The notes beneath the pieces were generated by a model. It was not told where the DNA came from. It saw nothing but the letters and a program-made list of their open reading frames with translations, and searched no databases. This document shows positions 1-14,064 of a stretch of 64,000 nucleotides of DNA, one piece after another (the first letter of the stretch is position 1; every line of letters starts with the position of its first letter). The stretch lies in contig OZ234493.1 of the NCBI GenBank assembly GCA_965153455.1, positions 27,704,213 to 27,768,212 on the forward strand, given 5' to 3'. The translations under genes were made by a program, and so were the position numbers. The DNA is from Sphagnum compactum (taxonomy: Eukaryota).

Positions 1-1380
1 GTCTTGAAACTTTTGTAACATATAATATGAAGAACATATGTCGAAAAAGGCTTTACAGAAATGAGTTTCGGTAAAAGCCAAAAAATACTCAAACTTTCAT
101 GAATTTCAATCCAATTTCTACTACATGGATATGTACCACCACTAATAGCAATGGTCAAATAGATTTAAAAAGTTCTACAACAGAATTTGGCAATAGAAAA
201 ATGTGTAACTTAAAGCTTGAAGACAAGAAAAAATTCACATATGATATTTCAATATTCCAGCAAAATAAATGCAAAATTTCTAAAAACGCACTTGAGAATC
301 ATCAAGTGGTGATCTTAAGAAAAAGTCTAAGAAAAATGAAAGAGAAAATCAAAATGTCTAAAACTCTAAGTTAAATATAAATTTCAAAGCCACCATTATT
401 CATTTCACCCTAAAACCTGCCCATTGATTTGCACTTCAATGTGAATCGTTCACTTGAGAATTGTCCTATAAATAAAAATTAAAGAGTATGAAAATTGTGC
501 AAGGTAAAAAAAATCGAAATGTGGTTCTCTGTTTTAGAGGTCTAGGATTAAGGGATTATTTATTCTAGGTTTGAGTAATATGTAATTTTTTTAATGGGAT
601 ATGTGTGCATCCTCAAAGCTAAATGTTTTTATTTCAATGCATCATCTTAATTGACATTGCTTTTAATACTCCCTATGGTGTTAGTTCCACCACATTAACA
701 TGACAAGAGCTTTTCTTTAGCTCATATATATATAATATATGCCCACAATGTTGAGCAAAGAATATGGAACAAACTTGTGATAAGTTGGACAGTATTTTGA
801 GTGCACATTGCTGCCTCATTATTTGAATAGTGTAAATTCAATAATTGGTTTGTAAGAACTATTGGAGATAATTGATTTTCTTACATTTGTGAAAACCAAT
901 AACTTGAGAATTGGCTGAAATTAAGAAATACTGTTTTTATACCTTAAATGGTTCTCATAATAATAAAGAAGATGTAAAAAAACTGAGCTAGATTTGACAA
1001 CTCTATGAGAAAATCAAAACTGTCCCAACATTGATTGGTACCCCTTGCAAAACCTCCAATGATCCTTTAGAAGTTGCATGCTAATCTCTTAAAATAGGCA
1101 TGAACTCCAACATTCTATGAGTGTAGAAAAAACACACCCTTCATTTTTTTTTAAATGAGGAAAATTTAATGCCTATTTTACCACATATTATCACCTTAAA
1201 ACTCAATGACAATTCCCAGCCCACCCAGTTTCCCCTATGTCATTTAAAGTTGACAATTGCATTCTCATGTTATTTTCTTTCCTACCTGCTGTTCACAATG
1301 CCCTTTGTATTATTGTTTTGTAACCCTTAGTTCTGTCACAAACGAATGAGTGTCTTTTCATTTCTCTGTGTACTTTGTGA

Positions 1381-1702
1381 GATCTCCCCCAGCAGAAGAA
1401 CCCTGGGGGGTTATGCCAAGTGGAGATGTTCCTATGTTCCCATGTTCCTGTAAACAGACAGTCGTTTACATGCTTGGAGGTTCCTGTACTTAAGGGTTCT
1501 TCTGAGGTTCAGGAATGTCCTCATCATGGTTCCAGGGCTCCTCCAGAGCTCTGAGAGCTGGAGTGTTTGAGAGAAAGGAAGAGCGATGGGCTCTCCGCTT
1601 CCTGGGAGTGTTTCAGAGAGCCCCCCCCCCCCCCCCCCCCAGCTCCTCCTCCGTTTTTCTTTGTGTTTTTTTTGTCCATCCTCAGCGGTGATGATGAATA
1701 TC
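1381..1702 (+). mobile_element. Probable 5'-truncated 3'-UTR fragment of a related LINE (contains poly-C run 1620-1640)
   Basis: GC-rich island in AT-rich DNA. It shares TCTGAGGTTCAGGAA (1501-1515) with the 3' UTR of the downstream LINE (8969-8983). Boundaries are approximate. Confidence 0.35.
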
Positions 1703-1864
1703 TGCTCTGATCCAGAAGAGCAAAGGAATCTCAAGCTGAATGAGTGTCTCCTGGTTACTGACAGCATTCGGGAGGCAAGGCGCAGCGATCGCCAAGGATC
1801 CGGCAAGCTCGGAAGCGGCAAGCGGAACCCTAATGGCGATGGCGGCGACGCTTCTACCTCCCTG

Positions 1865-4575
1865 ATGCCAAGCAGCTGGGACACCCCATCAGCAAGGGAT
1901 CTCTTTACCCTGCCGGTGCAAGATCCCGGATCGATTCCCTCTGAGACAAGCGCCCCCCTCCCGGGGAGCGCTCGCCCCCCGGAAAAAAGCTCGACTAATC
2001 GATCTCCGGCGCCCTCAGTCACTCCAAAGGAGCAGATAAAGTATTTGAAGAGAAGAGGAGAAACGCGAAAAGGCCATCTACGAAGCAAAGGCAGAACGCG
2101 CGGATTCAACTCTCAACGGCTACTTTTGTCAACAGCACCAGAGGAGGAGGAGGCGCAGCCCGACCAGCGCCCGACTGAGTTTTCTGGAAGTAGCCATCTC
2201 CCCCAAGTACCTCAGAAATCCCCCCCCTCCTTTCAGGCTCAGAGCTCTCTGTTGATGCCACCAGGAAGAGTGCCGGCTCTGTGGTGCCTAGCGCTGAGGC
2301 GGCTAAACTGACAACGAGAGAAGATCTCTTGCATGTTAGAGCCCCAGCCTCAAGCGCAAGGACCACACAGAAAAGACAAGCGGCACCCGCCGTGAGGGAA
2401 CCACCTCCTCCATCTCTGAACGCACACCCAGGCAGCGGGCCAGGAGCACCCTCCCTCTTGGGGGACGGCACCCAAGGCCCATTGCCTGTAGACTACAATC
2501 TAGAGATCGAAGCAGACTTCCCGCCAGACATGGTGCTCGATATGCAAAGGAGCGCGGCTCAAAAAGCGCGCAAAACGGTAATCGGCAGAACATTGGGAGG
2601 CAAAGCTTCCTAGAAGGACCTACAGGACTACCTCAAACTCCACCTCCCAACGCCCTTCTCAACAATAACCCTCCTAACGAGAGGATACTTTGAGATCCTC
2701 TTTGAGGATGAAGATGGAGCCAGAGCCACAAGGAAACTTGCGGCGGTGGAATGGAGCGGATGGGCTCTCTCCTTCTCAAAATACTCAGCAAACTTCAGAC
2801 CCAACGAGCAAGGGGCAGAATCGCTCCTCACGCACTTTGTCAAGGTACAATTTCCGGACCTCCACATTCAGTTTCGCTCAGCAAAAGCTCTGACCATTAT
2901 GGCCAGCAGCATAGGTGAAGTCCTTGACATAGAATCCCCTGACTCCTACATCAAGAGGCCGGCGGGGCCCATGGTCACAGTAGAGGTCAGAGATATCAGC
3001 AAACTGGCGGGGATCATCAGGATCCCCTCCATGGCTGAAGGCGCAGGCACAGGAGACACGACAACACAGAGAATCCTTTACTCTGGGCTACTGAATCAGT
3101 GTAAAAAGTGCCGAAAATTTGGGCACATGGCCAAGATCTGCCCACTCAACAGGTCCCTAGCACAAGGAGGGGGCATTCCTGCCAAGGCCCCTCCTGACCG
3201 GATCCGGAAGACAGCACCAAAGAAGACCCTTGGCGCGCAGCGCTGGAGCTCAACCGATGCCATCACGGCAGGGAACCAGCTGGGCAAGGATCGCACACAC
3301 CCAGCAAAAGGAAACCCCAACAGTGTTGAGGAAGCTGGCAGGCTAACCCACCACCTCAAGGAGCCCCAACACGCTGCCAGCAAAAACCTTGCACCCAGAG
3401 GAGGCGCAGCAAAGGAAGGAAAAATGGTGGCACCTCCCCCCGCACACGCGCTCGTTCTGGATCAAGAGAGGGCCGAACATACCACCTCCCCGCCCCACCT
3501 GCAAAAAAGGACGCAACAAGGGACCTCTCCTCTTTCAAACCACAAGTCCACCCCGAGAGCCAGGCTGAACTTTGGGATCACTGGTCCGGCAATCACCCCG
3601 GCGGATGGAAAAACCGCGAGCGACAATCCATTCGTAGAGACTGGTGAGGAAGTTCACAGAACCGATCGCCTTCAAAAGCTAAACAAGGACCTCAAGGGAG
3701 GATGGACATTCCAGGGCAGGAAAAAACTGCCGATTAGGATAGTTTCTCCTCGACAGGTTCCAACACAACACCTCTCTCACACCCCCAGACTGGCTTCCAC
3801 GCCGGGTGGAAAGAGAGGGCAAATGCACTCGGAGCTGCATCATACTTATTTTGAATCTCTAGGAATCCCAGTCCTAGCAGGTCAGGACTTTTGCAAGGCA
3901 AGAGTCTGGCCCGTTTTATTGCGAGACAAGAACGAGCGAAAGCAAATTTTAGTCCATGCGAGGAACCAAGGCCCCCCGGACCTTCCGATCAGCATCAGAG
4001 TGGCGAGCCCTCTGGAGGAAAGGTGGACCCAAGCCTCTGCCCAAGCGGATCTGGTTCTGCGCCTGGAAGCTGAACTGGAAGAGATCTTCAGGTACAAGCT
4101 TGCCGTCAGGGAATGCCTCCACCTAGAGTGGAGCTGGCAAGTAGAACCGGGCAGGGGAGGGATGGAATGTACCATCCTCACCCATATACACACAGGCACA
4201 AGCGCAATCAGCGTACAAAATAAGCGCCACCTACACTGGAAGGAAACTGATTTCATCACAGTCATGAACAATGAAGCCGAATTCGCAGCTGAGGCGCATG
4301 ACCTACTCCTCAAAAATGGGCCCTCCCGCATTGACCACCAAACATACAAGCACAAGATGGTGAGCATCCTGGCTTTGCCGCAGGCTGCCAGGAAAAGGAG
4401 GTACATAAGGCTAGACTTGGGAAGTGCTGAGCCCAACCTCACAGCTGAGGCGAACCCCCTCCAAGGTACCCAGATGGCGGAGCTCCTCAACCCGCAAAAT
4501 TCAGAGCTCGCACAGGGCAGCCTCCAGGGATCGTTCGGCCAGCAGGCCGCCCTAACTCCTCCAGCCCATGTCTGA
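1865..4575 (+). pseudogene. LINE ORF1 (DUF4283-like region plus CCHC zinc knuckle), disrupted
   Basis: Contains TVIGRTLG...LLTRGYFEILF...WSGWALSFSKY and CKKCRKFGHMAKIC. Probable frameshift near the poly-C at ~2220 and in-frame TAG at 2611-2613. Start codon uncertain. Confidence 0.75.
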
Positions 4576-7500
4576 GAGACCCCTGACGATCGTCTCCCTC
4601 AATGCCAGAGGGCTGGGCAAAGACTCGCCCAAACAAAAGCTTATCAAAACTTGGATCACCTCTCTCCAAAACCCGCCGCAGATCCTCCCCCTTCAGGAGC
4701 ACCATCTAGACGAGCTGGGCATCTCTAATTCAACTAAGGGACTCGAATTCTGGCAAGGCAAGGCCTTCTGGAACCCGGGAATCCCGATGGGAAACTCTCA
4801 GCGCACCAGCGCCGCGATCGCCATCCTGGCGGACAAGGCGACCGCGCCTCTAATCATGGAAAATGGAATCCTAACTGAGGGGAGAGTTCAGTACATAACT
4901 CTCCACCTCTCAGACAGCTCCGAGCTGACTATCATCAACACTTACGCACCCAGATCCTCTAGGGATAGGGCCCCGGGCCCCCTTGTGGAAAAGGATAAGT
5001 GAAGCTAAGTTCACAGCCGACCACGTTATAATAGGAGGAGACTTTAATCACCTGGAAGAAGTCGATTGCAGAGGCAGGGCGGGGGAAGAAGGATGCACAG
5101 GAGGGAGGCCGCCTCCTGGCACCACCTGACCCTGCAATACGGTCTGATGGACGCCTAGAACTTGGATAGCTTCAGAAAGATGACAAAAAAAGACTACATA
5201 TACGACAACAGGAGAGTGGGCTCAGGGTTAGCCGTCTCCAGAATAGACAAGTTTCTTGTCTCACAGGAGATCGATTTCAGAGGAGGGAAAATTGAAGTCG
5301 CTCCCTCCATAAGAAGAATTTCAAACCATCCCCCTTTAGTCATGACAATATAGGGTCGCACATCCGCCCCGCCTACAGCTACTCCCTACTTTGAGTGCTC
5401 CCTCCTAAGGGAGGAAGATAGCAGGACTGTCCTCCTCGAAGCCTGGGAAGGCACAGAGCCCCCACCCAGACACGACACCGAGTGGCTGGGCTGGCTGGAA
5501 GCAGCAATTGACAGAGTACTCAAATGCAGTACTCGCCTAGCGAAGGAAAAAAAACACGCAAAAGGAACTCGATTCAGAGCCCTACAACAGAAAATCCGCC
5601 TATCATAAATACAACTTCAAAGTGACCCTGAGGATGAAGCAGTCAGGAGCATCCTCTCGGAAGCACAAGGCCACATGGTCGACTCCCTGCAAGAACAGGT
5701 AGCCCGGAACTATCAGCTCACCGCAGCAACCTGGTTTAGGTATGGCGATACCGGCTCCAAGCAGTTCTTTGATTTCCACCGCATAGGCAGGAAAAGGACA
5801 CCGCTTAAAGAACTCACAACAGACGACGGGGAAATCACGGGCTAGGCAGACCTGGCCCACTATGTGCGCTCCTTCTATATGCACCTCTATGCCTCGGAAG
5901 CACACGCCCCCAGCACCATTGAAGCCCGGGAGGTATGCTGGGCCAGCACCCCGACCAGGGTCTCTACTGAGATGAACATCAAGTTGATCAGAGAGCTCAC
6001 TCTCAAAGAGGTCTAGGACGCCATCACGTCGATGCCAAAGGACAAAGCTCCGGGGAGCGATGGCATCCCCACTGAGTTCTTTCAAGAATTCACAAAGGAA
6101 ATAACCCCAATTCTGCTCCAAGCGTTCAGAGCTATGCTCAGCACGGGGGCGACCTCTAAGCTGATCAACAAAGGTCTCATAACCTTAATCCCCAAGTCTA
6201 GAGACCATGCCAGACTAGGTAACTGGCGCCTGATAACCCTGTTAGGTAGTCCTTACAAGATCCTGGCCAAAATGCTTGCTAGGCGACTCCAAGTTTTCCT
6301 TCCAAGCATAGTCAGGCCCAGCCAGACCGGGTTTGTGGAGGGGAGGAATATCCTCGACAACACCTTCCTGGCGTAGGAGGCCCTGGACTGGGCTGAGGAG
6401 AGTGACCAGGACCTGGTCCTGTTATTTTTGGATTTTGAGAAAGCCTTCGACAGGATCGAGTGGGGATTCCTGTTCGAAGCCTTGGCTAAGCTTGGATTCT
6501 GCAACCAGTGGATCCACTAGGTGCGTTCCCTGTACCACTCGTTCTCATCGACGATCGAGCTCAACGGGGTGGTGGGGAGCAGCTTCCCCCTTGCCAGGTC
6601 AGTTAGGCAGGGGTGCCCGCTTGACCCCTATCTCTTTATCCTGGCCACGGATGTGCTCGGGCACATGTTAGATGACCAACGCTTTGGGGTGGAGGGTCTG
6701 TCCCTCCCGAGAGGAGGACGCATCATAGACCAGACCTTTGCGGACGATACCGCGCTCTACCTACAAGGCTCACGCTCTAACATGGATAGGGCTCAAAGAG
6801 TCCTGAACCTTTTCTGCAAGGCTTCGGGAGCTAAAGTAAACTCGAACAAGACGGCCGCGATATGGGCCAGCAGAAGAAGCAAAAATTGGGAATGGGGCCA
6901 GGAGGTGGGACTCCAATGGGTCCCGGAAGGCAAAGGGGTGAGATACTTGGGAATCCAGGTTGGATTCCATCTCCCCCCGGAAGCCAACTTTGCCAAAATG
7001 CTAATCGCGCTCAAGGGCAAGCTCATCAACTGGAGCACTTGCCGCCTCTCCCTAGCAGGGAGGATCCTGGTGGCGAACCAGGTGCTCCTAGCTTCCATGT
7101 GGTACCTGGCTGCGTGCTGGAATCCAAATCCTAGGATGTGCAGCCAGGTCTGAGGGGTCATGAGAAACTTCATATGGGGTGGGAAGGCCACCAACGCCAG
7201 AGCAAAGGTAAAGTGGGATACCCTAGTCCTCCCGACCACCAAGGGAGGGCTAGGGATCATCGACCCAAAAACCCAGTCGGAAGCATTCCTAGCAAAGCTC
7301 CTCATCAGGGGCCTCGCACCAGGAGGCGAACCCTGGAAGGAGCTCCTGAGGCACAAAGTCGACCAGGTCAGATTCTCGGTCCATGGCTCGGGCCCCAACA
7401 CCCAGGACATAAACTGGCTGTTTTCAGCCCCCAAACTCAAAAGACCACCGTGCTCCTTGTGGAAGAGCATACTAGGCGCCTGGTTGAGCGTGAGGCCGGG

Positions 7501-8932
7501 TCTGTGCAAATCAAAACCGACTAACATCGCGGAGTTGCTCAGGCAGCCGGTATTCGGGAACCCCCTCATCACCAACGCTTAAAGCAGACCCCTTGGACTC
7601 AGCGGCAGAAGCGAAAGAAACGCGCTCGCCAGCGCCGGCTGCACCAGGGTCAGGGACTTCTGGGACCCCGAGTTGCAAGAGTGGAAAGGCCTCTCTGCAC
7701 TTGGGGTGAGCTTCCACCCCGCCAACAGGCAGAACAAAGACCTCATCATCACCAGTATTCCATGGAACCCAGCCACCTTCAACAGCAGGCCGTAGGTGGG
7801 GGACTGGGTCAGCAAGAGGGAAGCTCACATGAATGTCTCGCATGAATGGGTCTATCAGATAACGGAAGCAACCCAAACCATGGCCAGCGCCAAGGAGTTC
7901 AGAAAATCCTCTCCTGCCGGTCGCATCCAAGCCACCAGCACTCAGAACATCTTTATCCCCTTGGAGGGATATGAGCCTGTCAGAGTGCTTGCCCATGATG
8001 GACATGGAGCAACGCTCAGGCCCGCCAAAAACCTGCTGCTCCCAGGTAAAAAACCCCCCATCTACTGGATTTTCGAAACTGGTTTCATTTCTGACCTCCC
8101 ATGGGACCCCGGAGATTGGCATTAGCAGAAAGCGCAAAACATGGGAGATGCCCCCTTCTTCGGCTACTCTACCAAGAGAGGGTACCAAAACGCCAGGAAA
8201 ATCCAGCACACCCCCAACATCATCTCCTTCATCCAACGTTTAAATCTGTGCAACTCCACGGTCGCTCAAATCATCGTGAGGATGTGGCACAACGCCCGCC
8301 CGTGGAAAGTCGGGGCACTCACCTGGCTAACCCTCAACAACGGTCTACCGGTGGGCACTTGGCTTCAAACGATGGGAATCCAAGCCCTTTGCAAAGGCTG
8401 CGAGCAAGGACTCCCGGAATCCGCTCAACACTGCCTCATGGACTGCCTTCCTGCTCAAATGGCGTGGAAAGCCTTCCTCCGAGTCTGGGAGGAGTGGGAG
8501 GCGCCCAACCGCCTCGCCATCACCTGGCCCTTTGTGCTCCTCGATGAAGCTGTGTTTGAGGAGGAGGACGACCCCCCGGACCTCCACTGTTACCACACTG
8601 GTGGATTCTCCTACTGAAGGCAACCTCTCGACATCCTAAGGAGCTTCCTCCTCTTCTACCTCTGGTCCGAAAGATGCCGAAGGCATTTTGACGACCAGTA
8701 CTCTCTCAAGAGAGTCTTACTCCAGGCCTGGGAGGCTACTGCCGAGGTCGGCATGGCCTCCTGGAAGGCCATTAGATCTTCTTACCAGAGTCGAGATAAG
8801 AACATTCAGAGTTGTATCAAAAAAGCCTTTAAGGCTGAATGGCTTCACGGCCACATCTTTGGGGAGGGCGGGTCTGCCATTTCGCAGCACTTGCTCCCCC
8901 CCTTGGATTTCCTCAATTTCTCTAATGACTGA
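4568..8932 (+). pseudogene. LINE ORF2 (APE endonuclease - reverse transcriptase - zf-RVT), disrupted
   Basis: Endonuclease motifs: LTIVSLNARGL, LQEHH, IIGGDFN, SRIDKF, SNHPP. RT motifs: KAPGSDG, NWRLITLL, DFEKAFDRI, VRQGCPL, FADD, YLG. C-terminal CKGC...ESAQHCLMDC. The ATG overlaps the ORF1 stop (ATGTCTGA). More than 10 premature stops plus a frameshift at the GGGCCCC duplication near 4970. Confidence 0.93.
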
Positions 8933-9316
8933 TGGGGCTGTTGCCTCCCTCCCCGCAAGGGGTTCACCTCTGAGGTTCAGGAACACTGTGGGGCTCACGC
9001 CGTCAGGTGGCCCTCCCTCGCAAGTACCCGCTTGTACAGAAACCTCTTCTATGACATAATAACCTCAGGGGTGGGCATTCTGTTGTGTGAAATGCCTTGT
9101 GTAGGGACCACACAGTGAGAAATTGTGTTTCATCATTTCCTGCCATACGAGCAGGAGGCTCCACTGTACAAAAAGGAGGCCCACTTTGCTCATGCACCCC
9201 TGCCAAGGCATCAACCTACACAGACATATCTCAAAAGATTTTCCAGTTGAATTTTGGAGTTGACAACACTACAATCTTGCAGGCCCATCGTGTACTCTTA
9301 CATGGTTTGGCGTTCT

Positions 9317-9403
9317 GAAACTTTCTCAAAAATCTTGACTATGTTCAAGTGTCCGTACTTGCATTCTAGGAACAGATCATAGTCAAGATTTCTGAGAAAA
9401 TTT
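9317..9403. other. Inverted repeat (hairpin), 22-bp core stem, 34-nt loop
   Basis: TTTCTCAAAAATCTTGACTATG (9322-9343) pairs with CATAGTCAAGATTTCTGAGAAA (9378-9399), one mismatch. Confidence 0.8.
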
Positions 9404-10815
9404 GCTGACATGGCATTCACTTATAGGCTCTAAGCAGAGCCATCTAGACCTTGTAACCTGGCTGTTCTTATCAGCCCCATAAAGTAGGTCCGTCAATAAC
9501 CAAAAATTGCTAAAATATCTAGTTCTTAGAACCAATCTTTACTACCATACCCTAGGGTCAGCTTCCACATTGACAAGATGAATATTTACATTTTTTCAAA
9601 AAATTAATTAAAAATCTCTTATCATTATTATTATTGTTATTATTATTATTCATGATCTAAGGCTATGATATTGTTATATGAGCAGTGAAATTATTCAGAT
9701 TGTAGGCTGCAATAATTATGATGGTTTTCCACACCTCAGATTCCTATTGCCACACAAATTTATTTTGCTATTTTAAGGATTATTTAATGATAAACTGGCC
9801 CTTGGGCAAAGTAGTTTTCTTCTTCTGTTTTCTAAGTTTTGTTTTGTTATGTAGGATCTGAAGCCAGAACTCGTCAGTGGTAAACACGGTCCAATGAGCC
9901 ACATTCTTGTGTGTGAAATTTTGCCAAATTGTGACATAGATCCAAATTTGCCATAACAAGATTCTATTATTTTAAAAGAACAATTTGCCAATTCCTTTTT
10001 TTGGCCTAAATTGCCAGGATTCTATCTCAGGCTGGAACACAAAGCCAAAAAAAAGGAGGATCCTTAATATTTTCAACATTCATATTTTGGAATAGACAAA
10101 TTTGGCTAAATCTTCTTATGGTTGATTACAACACCAGACATTTGAAAAATAATCCGTGCACCCAATGTGTTGAATTCAATATTGCATTGGAAAAACTTTT
10201 TTAGCTGGCTACCCCAAATGTTTTCTTTTGTGGTGAATTTTCAGGTCCTAGCAAAGAAAAAAAAGAAAAAATTGGAAATATTTTGTTGCGTGTTTCCTTG
10301 ATTTTTGGGGGAAAAAGTACATTTTTCAATGAAATTTTTTAGCAACATTTGCCATATCTAGACATTTTTCTAATCTGAGAGCAGTTAGTCGCCAGATTTT
10401 GACTATTTGCCATTTCTAGAATCCATTTCTAAGAAAGTTGTTGCCATCAATGTGCAACAATAAAAATCTGAAATTAAGGACGCTAGGTCAGATATAAAGA
10501 AACTGGTGATCCCAGCCAGTTGCATGAAAAACATCTAAGAACTGGCAGTTTTCATGAAAGAGCCTGCAAAGAACCGATGGTCATAAAGGTGAATTTTGAA
10601 ACTTTCAGAATTTTTGAGAACCAGGGTTATATACCAAATCCAGTTGTCTGGAATTTTTCACCCCTGTGTAACTGGGTATACATGGGGTTGATGCCTGGTG
10701 GTGGGTATCTTTGGTAGATTCTAATAACCGTATAACAATGCTTACTTTACTTGTTGTGGGTAAAAGTTTGTATTAAATTTTGTGGGATAACTCATACTAA
10801 TATGTTGGTAGAGAC

Positions 10816-11079
10816 CAGTGTTTTTTTTTTCCCCCCAATTTTGTGATGTTATTACATTCGCAATCATTTGCAAGGAGATTTAGCCATGTTTGGCTATAGA
10901 CCAGCTAGGAAGAAGAAATTTAGTAAAAAAAAAAAATGCTGGCTACTTGCTGTAACAATGTGTAGAAAAACATGGCAAATTTTTAGATTTTTTTCCAAAT
11001 TTTGGCAATTTCTTAAAAGGAATATTCAATAGATTTTATTTATTTTTGGAAACGAAATTCACTACAAAGAAAAGTGATG
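10816..11079. mobile_element. hAT-type MITE with 8-bp TSD
   Basis: Starts CAGTG and is flanked by GTAGAGAC at 10808-10815 and 11080-11087. Related copies lie near 10.0-10.15 kb, 16.13-16.26 kb, 28.24-28.51 kb, 28.75-29.03 kb and 29.2-29.31 kb. Confidence 0.75.
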
Positions 11080-14064
11080 GTAGAGACATAACCAACAATG
11101 TGCTATAACCAAAGAAAGGAAACATTAAGAAAAAAACATTTGGCTTTCATGCTTCATCCTAAAGACTAAATTTAACCACAAATTAGTGGCTACTTGAACA
11201 TATGAACCATCACCGCATGGTTGCACCTAGAATGAAACCTTAATAGTCCACTAGTGTTAGGTAGATATCACTTCTATTATCAAATTGTGCCAAATATATG
11301 GACAATTCTTTCGAAATCCAAACTAGGTGAAAGGGGGGCCATTTAGCTTAAGGACTATGGACTATGTTCTTACATAGTTATTAAAAGTAAAATATTTTGT
11401 AAAATCTAGTTAAAATCATGATTTACAAACCAACATTTAATTAAAAAAAATTCTTATGACCCAAAAAGATATTGCATTCTAATGTAATGGTGTACATATT
11501 TTTTTCACCTTTTCATTTTCAACTAATTTCAAGTCTTTTAAAAATTCCTTTAAGCAATGCAAAATAGTAGTTACATTATCTTAAAAGTGTTTTTGAATAT
11601 CCCATATTCATTCTATTCATTTCAAACTTTGTCAAATGTTCCCATGATACATCAAGTCTTGAAAATATTGATGTAAAACTTTATTCAAAAATTTCAACAT
11701 TAACTTAAATAACCATTTACCACAATAAAAATTAAACAATGATTATGTCTTGAAGTGTCTTCTTAAACCCAAATTCAAACCCCTCTTAGGCATCCATTGG
11801 AAATGATCATGACATGTATTTATAGATAGAAAGAATCAACAAAGTAGTTCAACTTAAGTGAACCCCACTAGACCTAATTGAAACCTAAACTAAACATAAC
11901 CAAAACCTAAACAAATGTAATTGAAACATAATTGAGCCAAATTGAAACTTAAACCAAACCTTATCAAAACAAAACTAAATGTCATCAAAACTCTACCAAA
12001 GCTCAATTAAACCATCCAAAAAGCAATTAAAACATAACATAGGCAAAGCTAGTTGAAATCTAACTTAATACCTTTTAAAAATATAAGCTAACAAAAATGA
12101 ATATATAATTTGAACTAGTTGAAATTGGTATTAAACAAGTAGATGATTTTCATTAGAACGTAGGTGATTGTTTGATGCAACTGCACATTTGCCTAAACAT
12201 TTGTAAACATTTGATAAAATTGTATTATTTGCAAGATTGTTTGAATGTTGGCACATTTAAAACATTAAGTTATTGTAAATTCAAATTAACCTTTGATATT
12301 TTGCACAATTTGCATCATGGAAATGAAAATGATGAAAATACGTACATTAACAATTTATGGTGATGCCATTTATTCAAGGAAGATTTAAGGTGATTTTATT
12401 GTGATATATTGGATGCCATAATATTTGCAATGCCCAATTCATGGTTGGAACAAGACCAATCATCAAGTAATGATGAAAGTAAGGCAAGAATGCCAAATGA
12501 GACTTTTAAACTTGGTTTTTGCAAATAATTAATTGAATTTACTAATAATTTTCATTAAATTATGAGCATCTCAAATCTTGACAATCATGATCAATTATAC
12601 ATAGAATCTAAGTGACCAATAATGCAAAAGTAAAAAAATTCACATCCTCAATAATTAAACAACACTTAAAATTCAAAATAAACAAAAAAATCATGATGCT
12701 AATGAAATTCCTTATATATATATATAGTGAATTTTAGATGCACAAATGTTTCAAGCAACTAGATGCATAATGTCTTGATTCATAAATCTTTAATTTAGTT
12801 GATAGCAAACATATTATTACATATAGGAAAGATATCCAAAACATTGGTAAATATGTGTATACTATTGTCAAAGAATATATTTTTCATTCAAATTTTCTAT
12901 GCATCTAAATTATATATAATATTTCTCCAAAAATTATAAAAATGTGAATTTGAAAACTCATGTGAAGATGTGTAAATATATCAAAAGAAAATTGATTTGG
13001 ACAAATGATTAAACTTAGATTTATGGAACTATATTATTAATTATAAACTTGATATAAAAATTCTTTCAATGTTGAACAAAATAGTAATGTGAAAACATGA
13101 AATAATGAGCTAGTCACGTCAAGGTTAAAGTCCTTTCCAAGGACTGCATTTTCCAAGTGACAAATTTTTATTGGTTTATACTGTATTTTTCATTTAGTTT
13201 TTCAAACAAAATATCAAATTTGAGGCCAAATATGATATGTAACATGATAAAAACTCAAATTGTTTTGCATCAAGCCTTAGATTATAATCAAATTTATAAC
13301 TTTACTTTGGACCATTATTACAAATTCAAAATTATAATAGTGCTTAAGGATGTTTGAATATCAAAATTTAAAAATGTATATGTATTTTTATTTTTTGAGT
13401 GTTTTGAACACATGGACCCCTTCTTGTGGAATATATTAAAATTCACAAAAAAATTGAAATGATTTGGTGAACATTTGATAAGGAAAAAAAAAATTTGAAA
13501 AAAAAAAACCACATGTCCACATGTTTTTTTTGAGTGCTTTAAATGTATAAAAGGACTCTTGAAACATGGTGAATTTTCATAAATTTTTTGTATTGGCAAC
13601 TTTGAAAGTATAAAAATTTATTGCAAAAATTAAATGAAGTTTTTGATATATAGTGTTCCCACGTTGATTTTTCAAAAAATTGAAAAATAGTTTTTAAGGA
13701 CTATCCACACATTCTGTGGCTCCTTATTTCATGCTTTCACCCTATAATGTTTAATTTCAATACATTTCAAATTTACACAAAATTTTCAATTACAAGGTTA
13801 ACGACAATATGATATTCATGAAAATGTTGTTAATATTTCAACCAACTTAAATTTGGTCCAAAATGTATTACCATGGATGTTGTACGACAATTTATTGATC
13901 ATAGTGTCTTTGAAAAGAAATTAAAATATAAATTCATTAGGAGAAAACACCTCATTTGCAATTAGGTGTTTCGACTATAATTTTATAAAAAAAATCCATT
14001 CTCTTATTTAATTAAAAAAACCCAAACTTGATGGTTAGTAACAAAATCAAAAATTTGCCCAACA

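Larger units (their letters stand above)
1765..9060 (+). mobile_element. Non-LTR retrotransposon (L1-clade LINE), nearly full length, inactivated
   Basis: ORF1 with CCHC knuckle followed by ORF2 with APE endonuclease, RT and C-terminal CCHC. GC-rich block with sharp transitions to host DNA. Exact ends and TSD not resolved. Confidence 0.93.

Noticed and set aside
99-374. 91-aa ORF at the window start
   Set aside because: AT-rich and Lys-rich with no recognisable domain.
1432-9206. Long minus-strand ORFs across the LINE
   Set aside because: They are antisense shadows of GC-rich coding sequence with no recognisable motifs.
11860-12070. AAACCTAAAC-like tract
   Set aside because: Low-complexity degenerate repeat with no clear period or termini.
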